A stretch of 43,835 nucleotides of DNA from a virus: positions 1 through 43,835 of the IMG/VR virus record IMGVR_UViG_3300029507_000004; one strand, written 5' to 3'. Below, in pieces: positions 10,060-18,310 of the stretch; position 1 is the stretch's first letter, and each line of letters begins with the position of its first letter. Made by a program: the position numbers and the translations under genes. The notes beneath the pieces were generated by a model that saw nothing but the letters and a program-made list of their open reading frames with translations, had not been told where the DNA came from and did not search any database.

Positions 10060-10088
10060 TTGACTTATTTTTATACTTTATGTATAAT
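10060..10088 (+). promoter_or_regulatory. Sigma70-type promoter overlapped by an operator-like repeat
   Basis: TTGACT - 17 nt - TATAAT; TTATAC-TTTAT-GTATAA (10071-10087) covers the -10. Confidence 0.8.
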
Positions 10089-10105
10089 AAATATAGGAGG
10101 CATTT

Positions 10106-10306
10106 ATGATAAATAAAAAAAGATTAGAAGAAAAATTGAGTAGAGTTAGTTTTAGTGAATTAGCTTCTTATTTACATATGACTAGAGGAAATTTATACTA
10201 TCATTACAATAAACTAAAAAAAGGAGAACTTACTTTTAAGACAGAAATAATAGAAAAAATATCACTTTTTATTTCAGATAGAGATGATATTTTTTTTGAA
10301 GAATAA
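10106..10306 (+). CDS. Small regulatory protein (Cro-like/HTH)
   Basis: 66 aa; SFSELASYLHMTRGNLYYHYNKLKKGE HTH-like; first gene after the operator-controlled promoter. Confidence 0.65.
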   Translation: MINKKRLEEKLSRVSFSELASYLHMTRGNLYYHYNKLKKGELTFKTEIIEKISLFISDRDDIFFEE

Positions 10307-10404
10307 TTATACATAAAGTATAAAAAAGTAAGTGAAAGTTTTTAGGTTTGATGATGGGAATAGTAAAATCAAGGGGTAAATGAAGAAAAAAAGGAGGTGA
10401 GAGA

Positions 10405-10830
10405 GTGGAATTAAAACAGTTAATGCAAGATATTAAAAGTAATATCACCCAGTCAAGTGATAGGGTATTAGAGCAGATAGAAGAACTAAAAAATCAAATG
10501 TTAGAAACAGAAAACATTAATGTCGATGATTTCTGCGAGTTTAGAAAAGTAGCTTATAAGCTTTTAAGTGATCGTTCTCAAAAAATGATTCGTGAATTGA
10601 ATAGTATTTCAGGGGCTTTGAATAGTAAAAGAGCAATGGGAATTCCACCTAACAAATCAAATAATTTAGTTATTAAAAATAAAAGGAAATTATTGATTTT
10701 AAACGGACAAGAATTGCGTTTGCCAACTGGTTATGAGTTAAAGTTGTCTACTTTAAGAGAAGGAAGATTTATTGATACTATCTTAAAATTAGAACTTGTG
10801 ATTGATGGAGATATAGAAATCATTGATTAG
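10405..10830 (+). CDS. Hypothetical early phage protein
   Basis: 141 aa; GGAGGTGAGAGAG(G)TG start context; N-terminal coiled coil. Confidence 0.6.
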   Translation: MELKQLMQDIKSNITQSSDRVLEQIEELKNQMLETENINVDDFCEFRKVAYKLLSDRSQKMIRELNSISGALNSKRAMGIPPNKSNNLVIKNKRKLLILNGQELRLPTGYELKLSTLREGRFIDTILKLELVIDGDIEIID

Positions 10831-10852
10831 AAAATGCCATTAAAAAATGGCA

Positions 10853-11230
10853 TTAAAGTTTCTGAAAATAATTTACAACAAGAGAAGCAGCGTGTTTGGT
10901 AGCTATATCAGTTAAAGCTGTAAGAGAAGAAATTCCAAGTGACTTAGCAACACCTTTAATTTTGTTCCAATTATTATCTGAACGAGTATCGGCTAAAAAT
11001 GAATGAGCAATAGGAGAGAGGTCTTTTATGTTAATATAGCTTCCTCTGTCTTCTCCAATGAAAAAATAATTGTAATAACATTGTCTTATGTGGTACATAA
11101 ATTCTTCACTTGAATAATTATCTAAATATTGATAAGAATTAGACTCATCAACATCATATACTGTTACTCCATCAGTTATTTTTTCAAAATGTAAGAGAAT
11201 ATCTCTTATGCAGTCTGGATTAAGTCTCAT
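10853..11230 (-). CDS. DUF2513-like protein
   Basis: MRLNPDCIRDILLHFEKIT...; start taken at 11230 behind GGAGGAAATT rather than 11290; opposite orientation to its neighbours. Confidence 0.65.
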   Translation of the reverse strand: MRLNPDCIRDILLHFEKITDGVTVYDVDESNSYQYLDNYSSEEFMYHIRQCYYNYFFIGEDRGSYINIKDLSPIAHSFLADTRSDNNWNKIKGVAKSLGISSLTALTDIATKHAASLVVNYFQKL

Positions 11231-11309
11231 AATTTCCTCCTTTCTTTTATAAGTTATTAATATTATAACTTTTTGGAGGGATAAGGTCAAATAAAGAGGA
11301 GGTGAGAGA

Positions 11310-11477
11310 GTGGAGAAAGGGATAATTATACCTATTTATAATCCTGATGGAGAATGGATAGGGAATATAGTTGTAAATGAAAAATTAGAAGTTACTAATT
11401 GCTTAAAATATGGATATAAAATAAAAAATGAGGCATATAAGCCTAAATTTAATGAAATTGATGGAGGGAGAGAATGA
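11310..11477 (+). CDS. Small hypothetical protein VEKGIIIPIYNPDGEWIGNIVVNEKLEV...
   Basis: Read manually; GTG start, 55 aa, behind GAGGAGGTGAGA. Confidence 0.5.
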   Translation: MEKGIIIPIYNPDGEWIGNIVVNEKLEVTNCLKYGYKIKNEAYKPKFNEIDGGRE

Positions 11478-11543
11478 GAATTGAAAAATATCTATTCTGA
11501 CAAGGCTAAAAAAATAAAAAATTTTATCTATAACAAAGCCTTG

Positions 11544-11727
11544 TAGAGCTATAAGGAAGCCTTTTAAAAAGAAAAAACCATAAAAAATAAGTTATGTTAC
11601 CAACTTCTTTATAGCTCTATTTTTATTAAATTGGTGCTCTTGAGCTAACAGCCAAGGAACTGATAGCTTGAGGGTAGCAATAAAATAAAAATAAAGGGGT
11701 TCCTTGGCAAGAACTCCTGAAAGGAGG
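11544..11727 (+). promoter_or_regulatory. Structured 5' leader of the replication gene
   Basis: 16-bp long-range stem followed by a U-run, 10-bp perfect stem GCCAAGGAAC/GTTCCTTGGC, and RBS hairpin CTCCT-GAA-AGGAG. Confidence 0.55.
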
Positions 11728-11732
11728 AAAAA

Positions 11733-12740
11733 ATGAGAGATTTAAGAGAAAAGGATTGGTTTTGGTTAGATAATGCACTAATAGATAGAACTGATTTAAA
11801 CTTGTATGAAAAAATGCTGTATGCCTGTTTAGCAAGACATACAGGAAAAAAAGAATATGCTTATCCAGCATTAGAAACTTTAGCTAAAGAACTAGGGATA
11901 AAGGATACTAGAACAATAGTAAAATATACAAAAAGTTTGGCAGATAAAGGGTTAGTTGTAATAGAAAAATTAAAAGGTAAATCTAATAGATATTATTTAA
12001 AAAATGTAGAAAAAGTACCTACATTAGATGTACCTAGTAATAAAGAAATAGATACACAAGAAGTACCTACATCTCATGTACCTACTACACCGGATGTATC
12101 TACACCACCCACATTAGATGTACCTAGTAGTACCTACATGGGATGTACCCCGAAGAAAACTAATATTAAGAATACTAATAAAGAAACTACTACTAAGATA
12201 GATAATATAAATAAGATAGACCCTAGTAGTAGTTCTTTAGAAAATTTAGAAAAAGATAGAATAAGACAAATAAAATCTGCTTTACAAATGCATGGGATAA
12301 GTGTAGGTACTTGTAAAAATATAATGGACCTTGTTTATTCTAAGCATATAGACCTAGAGAGAATAAAGACAGTCTTAACTATAGCTCCGGCTAAAAAATG
12401 GAATGAGGGTGCTATATACAAAGCACTAAAAGAAAATTGGGTTATAGAAGATAAAAAGTCCTATAATACCGGAAAGACTAAAGCAGAAGAAAAGGCAAAA
12501 GAGGCAATAGAAAATAGTTTAAAAAATAAGGAGCAGAGAGATAGGACAATAGAGGAAAAGGAGAATCTTAAAAAGATTTTTGAAGCTCTTACAGAACAGG
12601 AAAAGAGATATATAGAGCAGGAGGCTTTAAAGTTAGCCATGGAGAAATACAATAACAATATAGCACAGGTAATGGCTAGAACAGAGACTTTATACATAGT
12701 ATTAAAAAAATATTTGGAAAGAAAAAAGAAAGTAGGATAA
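11733..12740 (+). CDS. Phage replication protein (helix-turn-helix replisome organiser-like)
   Basis: 335 aa; DWFWLDNALIDRTDLNLYEKMLYACLARHTGK winged-helix start typical of phage replication proteins. Confidence 0.75.
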   Translation: MRDLREKDWFWLDNALIDRTDLNLYEKMLYACLARHTGKKEYAYPALETLAKELGIKDTRTIVKYTKSLADKGLVVIEKLKGKSNRYYLKNVEKVPTLDVPSNKEIDTQEVPTSHVPTTPDVSTPPTLDVPSSTYMGCTPKKTNIKNTNKETTTKIDNINKIDPSSSSLENLEKDRIRQIKSALQMHGISVGTCKNIMDLVYSKHIDLERIKTVLTIAPAKKWNEGAIYKALKENWVIEDKKSYNTGKTKAEEKAKEAIENSLKNKEQRDRTIEEKENLKKIFEALTEQEKRYIEQEALKLAMEKYNNNIAQVMARTETLYIVLKKYLERKKKVG

Positions 12741-12772
12741 AATTTTTTGAGAAATAACAAGGAGGAAAAAAC

Positions 12773-13000
12773 ATGGAACAACAAAAATTAGAAGTAAAAA
12801 GAGAAAGAAAATTTATAAGCCAAACAGATTTTCTAAGGGTAGAAGTTAGAAAATTAGCAGAAGAATTAGGCTTAAAATTAAATACAGATAGTAGCAGATT
12901 GACAGGTAAAGAGTGTAGAAAGGTGCTTGAAAACCTTAACAGAATAAAATTTAACAGAGAAAAGGGATTATTAAGAAGAGCAATAGCATATCTTTTCTAG
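12773..13000 (+). CDS. Hypothetical protein
   Basis: 75 aa ORF in operon context. Confidence 0.5.
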   Translation: MEQQKLEVKRERKFISQTDFLRVEVRKLAEELGLKLNTDSSRLTGKECRKVLENLNRIKFNREKGLLRRAIAYLF

Positions 13001-13009
13001 GAGGGGAAG

Positions 13010-13339
13010 ATGAAAGAGAGTGATATCCAATCACAGATAATAAGCTACTTGCAGATATTAGAAAAGCAAGGGAAATTATTCTTCCAGAGAATAAACAATA
13101 CTGCCATTTATGACCCAGTAGGGAAAAGGTGGAGATCTTTAGCAAAAGGAACTAAAAAGGGTTTTCCAGATATTTTAGTTCTTAAAGACAGTAAGTGCAT
13201 AGGGCTGGAAGTTAAAACAAGCAAAGGGAAACAATCAAAAGAGCAGGAAGAAATGGAAAGCTTAATGAAGGAACATGGGGCTGATTACTATGTGGTAAGA
13301 AGTTTAGAAGAGGTACAACAAATAATTAGAGGTGCATAA
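13010..13339 (+). CDS. VRR-NUC domain nuclease
   Basis: 109 aa; RINNTAIYDP, GTKKGFPDILVL, GLEVKTSKGKQSKEQ, VRSLEEVQQII. Confidence 0.88.
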   Translation: MKESDIQSQIISYLQILEKQGKLFFQRINNTAIYDPVGKRWRSLAKGTKKGFPDILVLKDSKCIGLEVKTSKGKQSKEQEEMESLMKEHGADYYVVRSLEEVQQIIRGA

Positions 13340-13507
13340 ATGAGATATTACAGGTGTAAAAAATGTGGTAGGTTTATAGCAGAGATAAGAGGGCATAATG
13401 ATGTAACCTTAGTGGGAAAAATAACAGTAACAGGTAATAAACTTGTAATAGAATGTAAATGCAAAGAAATTTTAGAAATAGAGGTGGACAAATATGAAGA
13501 AAACTAA
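13340..13507 (+). CDS. Small Cys-rich (zinc-ribbon-like) protein MRYYRCKKCGRFIAEIRG...IECKCKEI
   Basis: Read manually; 55 aa with CxxC and CxC. Confidence 0.55.
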   Translation: MRYYRCKKCGRFIAEIRGHNDVTLVGKITVTGNKLVIECKCKEILEIEVDKYEEN

Positions 13508-13652
13508 ATTTGCTGGAGTAAATGGAGATGAAATATTCCTGATAGAAGGTAAAAACAATACAATAATTGAGATTGGCAAAATGGTTTCTTTTCTCCCTTT
13601 TGATATAGATAAAACAATAGAAATTATAAAAAAGTTAGGAATTATAAAATAA
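13494..13652 (+). CDS. Small hypothetical protein MKKTKFAGVNGDEIFLIEGKNNTIIEIGKM...
   Basis: Read manually; 52 aa, overlaps the previous ORF. Confidence 0.45.
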   Translation: MKKTKFAGVNGDEIFLIEGKNNTIIEIGKMVSFLPFDIDKTIEIIKKLGIIK

Positions 13653-13751
13653 TTACAAGAATAAAGAGGTGAAAATAATGAATAATTTAGCTATAAGAAA
13701 TTTTTGGATTAATCAACAAAAGTACAAAAGAATTAATTGATCATATTTCAA

Positions 13752-13775
13752 GGGAAGTTGGGATTCTAACTTCCC
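13752..13775. repeat. Perfect 8-bp hairpin next to the CRISPR array
   Basis: GGGAAGTT-GGGATTCT-AACTTCCC; no T-run on either side. Confidence 0.6.
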
Positions 13776-13788
13776 AATTAATTCTGGT

Positions 13789-14342
13789 GACTAAAAACAT
13801 CATATGTTACTATTCAATTTTATTAGTTAAATGTGAAGTAAAGGCAAAATACACATTTAAAAACATCATATGTTACTATTCAATCAAGTTGCCATATAAG
13901 AAGCTGCTTTATATTCTTTTATTTAAAAACATCATATGTTACTATTCAATCCTTTGCTCCTTGTATTCTAAATATTAAATCATTATTTAAAAACATCATA
14001 TGTTACTATTCAATTAATAATTAATTACTGGTAATAATTGTTATTTACTCATTTAAAAACATCATATGTTACTATTCAATATTTATAGTTGACTCAGATA
14101 AATTTATTTCCAAAAAATTTAAAAACATCATATGTTACTATTCAATTTTCCCCCTATTTTTCAATTTCTTTATATAATTCTATTTAAAAACATCATATGT
14201 TACTATTCAATACTTTCAGGAGCTTTCTTATTGAATATTTTTGATTAGATTTAAAAACATCATATGTTACTATTCAATCTATTCAGGAAAAACTCTTGAA
14301 TTTAAAAGAATTATTTAAAAACATCATATGTTACTATTCAAT
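13789..14342. CRISPR. CRISPR array: 9 repeats of 30 bp, 8 spacers of 34-37 bp, no adjacent cas genes
   Basis: Repeat ATTTAAAAACATCATATGTTACTATTCAAT starts at 13789 (degenerate GACTAAA 5' end), 13855, 13921, 13985, 14051, 14117, 14182, 14249, 14313; spacers are all different. Confidence 0.97.
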
Positions 14343-14582
14343 CTTGAATATATTAAGAGAACTACTATTGAAATATTCTTATAAACACCTTCATTATAGC
14401 ATATTCATCATTTTTTTCCAACTGAACATGTTATAATTTATTTTTCATAGATTAATTGCTTTTAAAGAAGAATTTACTCAAAAAAAGATTTTTTTACTTG
14501 GAAAATAAAATTAAAAAATATTGTATTTGAGAAAATATTATAGTAGAATATAAGAAATTGAATAACTAATAAGACTTATAGA

Positions 14583-14637
14583 GGAGTCAGAGAAGTTACA
14601 CAGGGAGACCTATGTAATTTTTTCTGACTCCTTTTTT
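14583..14637 (+). terminator. Very stable hairpin plus U-run upstream of the packaging genes
   Basis: GGAGTCAGA...GTTACACAGG-GAGA-CCTATGTAAT...TCTGACTCC followed by TTTTTT. Confidence 0.8.
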
Positions 14638-14660
14638 ATTTTCAAAAACGAGGTGGTGAT

Positions 14661-15416
14661 GTGGCAAGGATAAGAGATCCAGCAAGAGATAAAGCAAAAG
14701 AGCTATATCTAAATAACAAAGATATTACAAATAGAGAGATAGCAAATATCTTGGGAATAGATGAAAAGAAGGTAGCAACTTGGAAAATAAGAGATAATTG
14801 GAAATGTAGTACAACAGAAAAAAAGAATGTAGTACAACAAAATAAAAAGTGTAGTACTACAAACGAAAAAAAAGAATTAATCCCAGATGAAAATGACAAA
14901 TATGAGTGGATAGATGAAATAGATGGATTATCAGATAAACAGAGGCTTTTCTGCTATTATTACATGGAAAGTTTAAATGTTTTTCAAGCAGGAGTAAAGG
15001 CGGGATATAGTCCTAATTATTCCAGAACACGAATATATGAAATGTTAGAAAATGTTAGTATAAAAAACTTTCTAAAAAAATTAAGGGAGCAGCAAAAACA
15101 AGATTTCCTTATCTCCCAAGAAAAGATTCTTAATCGTCATGTTCAAGTGGCTTTTTCGGACATAAATGAATATTTTGAAGAAGATGGAAGCTTAAAACCT
15201 ATAACACATACAGATGGAAGCTTAATTAAAAAGTTAAAGATAACAGAAACAGAAGAAAAAAGGACTGTAGAGATAGAGCTTATAGAAAAATGTAAATCTC
15301 TGGATGCTTTAACGAAGTATTTAGGATTAGAAAATAATAAAGGCAATTCAGGAGAAGGGATACCTAAAGATAAAACACAAGGAATTTTAAAGAAGATTAG
15401 AGGAGTACGGAAATGA
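14661..15416 (+). CDS. Terminase small subunit
   Basis: 251 aa; DPARDKAKELYLNNKDITNREIANILGIDEKKVATWK and KQRLFCYYYMESLNVFQAGVKAGYS. Confidence 0.85.
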   Translation: MARIRDPARDKAKELYLNNKDITNREIANILGIDEKKVATWKIRDNWKCSTTEKKNVVQQNKKCSTTNEKKELIPDENDKYEWIDEIDGLSDKQRLFCYYYMESLNVFQAGVKAGYSPNYSRTRIYEMLENVSIKNFLKKLREQQKQDFLISQEKILNRHVQVAFSDINEYFEEDGSLKPITHTDGSLIKKLKITETEEKRTVEIELIEKCKSLDALTKYLGLENNKGNSGEGIPKDKTQGILKKIRGVRK

Positions 15417-17002
15417 AAGCTATAGATAATCTGATAAGATTTTTTAAATTAAATAGCCATCCTGAATATACTAACGATGAAATTTTTACAAACTTTATCG
15501 ATATAAAAAAACAGGAAAAAGAACTGGAGGACCTGTTAAACACATATGATGATTTTACAGATGAAGAAAAGAAAGAAATAGAAGAAGTTAACAAAACGTT
15601 TTGTAAAGAATCCTATTACAGCTATTTTAAGCAAAGTTTTTCCTCTTCTCATCCTCTTATATTAGGAGAGCACATAGAATTGATATGTGATATTTTAACA
15701 CTTGCAGAAGCTGGATTGTTTAAAGGAGCTGATTCTAAGTCTAGAATAGCAATATCTATACCCCCAAGACATTTGAAAAGTACCTGTATAACTAATTGTT
15801 TCCCTAGCTGGTTTATGGGTAAGCAAGACTGGAGAAGTACAATTGTAACATCTTATGGGGACAACTTAGTGCAAAAGGCAGGGCAAAAAAACAGGGAAAG
15901 AATATTTGAATTTGCTGGAGAATTATTTAATGTAAAAGTTAGAAATGATGTATCCCAAAAATCTTTGTGGGAACTTGAAGGTGGTGGAAGATTTAAAGGT
16001 TCTTCCATTAGAGGAGCAGCAACAGGAGAGGGAGCAGAGTTATTAATAATAGATGACCCTGTTAAAAATAGGCAAGAGGCTATTTCTAAGACTATCCAAG
16101 AAAGCAATTTTGAAGAGTATAACTATACATTTGCTTCCAGAGTGCATATGAATGGAATAATAGTCCTTATTATGACTAGATGGCATAATGCAGACCTTAG
16201 AGGCAGAATTGAAGAAACAGAAAAAACATTAAACTGGCTGAGGCTGGATTTGATGGCTGTGTGTGAGACAGAAGAAGAAACAGAAAAAGATGTGCTGGGC
16301 AGAAATATAGGAGAAGCTTTATACCCAGAACAATATCCAGCAGAATATTTTGAACCTTTTAAATTAAATAGTAGGACATGGTGGAGCCTATATAAACAAA
16401 AACCACAGGCAGACAATGGGGAATATTTTCAAAGGGATTATTTTCAATACTTCAAATTCGATGAAAACTTTGTCTATTTAAAACAAGAGACAGGAGAATA
16501 TAAAAAAATTCTGATAAGAGATTGCTGGGCTTTCCAAGTGGCAGATACAGCTCAAAAAACTAAAACTAAAAATGATGAAACTGGACTTATAACTTTAGTT
16601 GTTACTCCAGAATATGACATTTTAGTTTTGGATGTATTTCATGGAAGGATAGAAGTTCCAGATCAAGAGAAAATTATTAATCAATATTGGGATAAATGGG
16701 AATGTAAATTCCAAGCAATAGAGGACAAGCAATCAGGAACAGGGATAATACAGAAGTTAAAAAGAGAAGGAAGACCAATAAAAGAACTAAAAGCAATAGG
16801 AGATAAGGAAGAAAGAGCAGTAACAATAGTTTTATACTATGCAGCTGGAAAAGTTTATCATCTCGTTGGAGCAGAATGGCTTGGATATTTAGAGAAACAG
16901 CTTCTTGAATTCCCAGTTGCAGAACATGATGACTTAGTTGACTGTATGTCATATGGTGGAATAATTGTGGAGGAATCAAGTGGAAGTAGCAGTCTAGTAT
17001 AA
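15413..17002 (+). CDS. Terminase large subunit
   Basis: 529 aa; SIPPRHLKSTCIT (Walker A region), EGAELLIIDDPVKNRQEA, MTRWHNADLRG, C-terminal nuclease with EHDDLVDCMSYG. Confidence 0.93.
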   Translation: MKAIDNLIRFFKLNSHPEYTNDEIFTNFIDIKKQEKELEDLLNTYDDFTDEEKKEIEEVNKTFCKESYYSYFKQSFSSSHPLILGEHIELICDILTLAEAGLFKGADSKSRIAISIPPRHLKSTCITNCFPSWFMGKQDWRSTIVTSYGDNLVQKAGQKNRERIFEFAGELFNVKVRNDVSQKSLWELEGGGRFKGSSIRGAATGEGAELLIIDDPVKNRQEAISKTIQESNFEEYNYTFASRVHMNGIIVLIMTRWHNADLRGRIEETEKTLNWLRLDLMAVCETEEETEKDVLGRNIGEALYPEQYPAEYFEPFKLNSRTWWSLYKQKPQADNGEYFQRDYFQYFKFDENFVYLKQETGEYKKILIRDCWAFQVADTAQKTKTKNDETGLITLVVTPEYDILVLDVFHGRIEVPDQEKIINQYWDKWECKFQAIEDKQSGTGIIQKLKREGRPIKELKAIGDKEERAVTIVLYYAAGKVYHLVGAEWLGYLEKQLLEFPVAEHDDLVDCMSYGGIIVEESSGSSSLV

Positions 17003-17015
17003 AGGGGGTGATTAA

Positions 17016-18308
17016 GTGTCGAAGCAAGCAAAAAGAAGAGAGAATTTTTTAAAATCAGATAATCCAGCTTCTACTAAAGGAGATTCGTTATATGACCCAA
17101 TAGCTTCACAGGAGGTTGGAGAAGAAAGGATTTTAACACAGCGTGATATAGATGTTATGTACAATGATTACGGCTTTGCTAAAAGAATAATAAATGACAT
17201 TGCTTCGTCTGCTTTAAAATCAGGGTTTGAAATAAACTCTGGTAATAAAGAACTTGATGAAAAAGTAATGAAAAGATTTAAAAACTTAGAGTGTGCTGAT
17301 TATATAACAAGACTACTAGAAACAGGATTAAAAGATGGGATAGCTTTCTTATTCCCTGTCTTAGAAGGGTTACCTTTAGAAACTGGCAGCCCTCTTGATT
17401 TGAAGAAAATAAGAAAAATAAAAGATTTTAATATTTTCCAAGCTAGAGACATAGTTACTATAGAAAGGCAAATGGATAAAATGCAGGAACAGTATGGAGC
17501 TTGTAAAACAATCCAATTCAAAAATGAATATGGAGTTGTTCCAGTGGCAAAAATAGATTGCTCTTGGCTTACAGGATATGAACCATATCCAAGACCAGAA
17601 AAATATACAACAAATTCTATAAGACATGGAGATTCTTTTTATAAAAGAATATGGGATATCTTAACTATAAAAGATAGCGGAATTTGGAGTGCAGGGCAAC
17701 TGGCATATGCAGCTCTATTAAAAATTTTAAAGCTAGGAGATAAAAAAGAATTAAGTAAACAAATAAAAGAAATAGGAAAGAAAAAGTACCAGAAAAAAAG
17801 AGAAATGGAAATGAATACAACTACACTTTTACTCCTAGGAAAAGATGACGAGTTTGAAACAGCCGATTTCTCAAAAGGGATAGACTTGGATAAACTTAAA
17901 AACTATATCTACACAGAAATATCCATAGATACTGGAATACCACTTTCGAGGTTAACTGGAAGTGCGCAAGGAGCTCTTGCAAGTGCTAAAGAGGACAGTA
18001 AGAAATGGTATGAATATATAGAAAAATTTCAAACCGATAATTTAGATGAGATGTTAAGAAATGTCTTGAAACTACTATATGCTGAACAAGGACAATATAA
18101 TGCAGAATTTGAATTAAAATTTAACTCTATCAGATCTGTAGATGAAAAAGAAAAAGCAGAAATAGAAAAACTTGAAGCAGAAGCACAAAAAACAGTAGTT
18201 GAAACACTTTTAGCCTTAGAAAAATCAATAAAAGGGATAGAAGTTGATAGAAATATACTAGATGAGCTTAAAAATAATTTGTTGAGCCAACTAGGGTTAG
18301 GTGAATAA
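17016..18308 (+). CDS. Portal protein (DUF1073-like)
   Basis: 430 aa; YNDYGFAKRIINDIASSALKSGFEI and GIPLSRLTGSAQGALASAKEDSKKWYEYIEKFQ. Confidence 0.85.
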   Translation: MSKQAKRRENFLKSDNPASTKGDSLYDPIASQEVGEERILTQRDIDVMYNDYGFAKRIINDIASSALKSGFEINSGNKELDEKVMKRFKNLECADYITRLLETGLKDGIAFLFPVLEGLPLETGSPLDLKKIRKIKDFNIFQARDIVTIERQMDKMQEQYGACKTIQFKNEYGVVPVAKIDCSWLTGYEPYPRPEKYTTNSIRHGDSFYKRIWDILTIKDSGIWSAGQLAYAALLKILKLGDKKELSKQIKEIGKKKYQKKREMEMNTTTLLLLGKDDEFETADFSKGIDLDKLKNYIYTEISIDTGIPLSRLTGSAQGALASAKEDSKKWYEYIEKFQTDNLDEMLRNVLKLLYAEQGQYNAEFELKFNSIRSVDEKEKAEIEKLEAEAQKTVVETLLALEKSIKGIEVDRNILDELKNNLLSQLGLGE

Positions 18309-18310
18309 TT

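Noticed and set aside
11626-11871. 81-aa minus-strand ORF
   Set aside because: Overlaps the structured leader and start of the replication gene on the wrong strand; better explained by the leader structure.
13787-13978. 63-aa ORF MTKNIICYYSILLVKCEVKAKYTFKNIICYYSI...
   Set aside because: Translation of CRISPR repeats and spacers; the repeated KNIICYYSI block is the repeat itself.
13789-14342. Self-targeting spacers against this prophage
   Set aside because: By-eye comparison of the eight spacers with the window showed no convincing match; a BLAST with short-query settings would be needed to settle this.
15143-17027. Several antisense ORFs opposite the terminase genes (15143-15346, 15397-15594, 15853-16107, 16123-16416, 16677-17027)
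   Set aside because: All lie opposite high-confidence terminase coding sequence and show no domain motifs.
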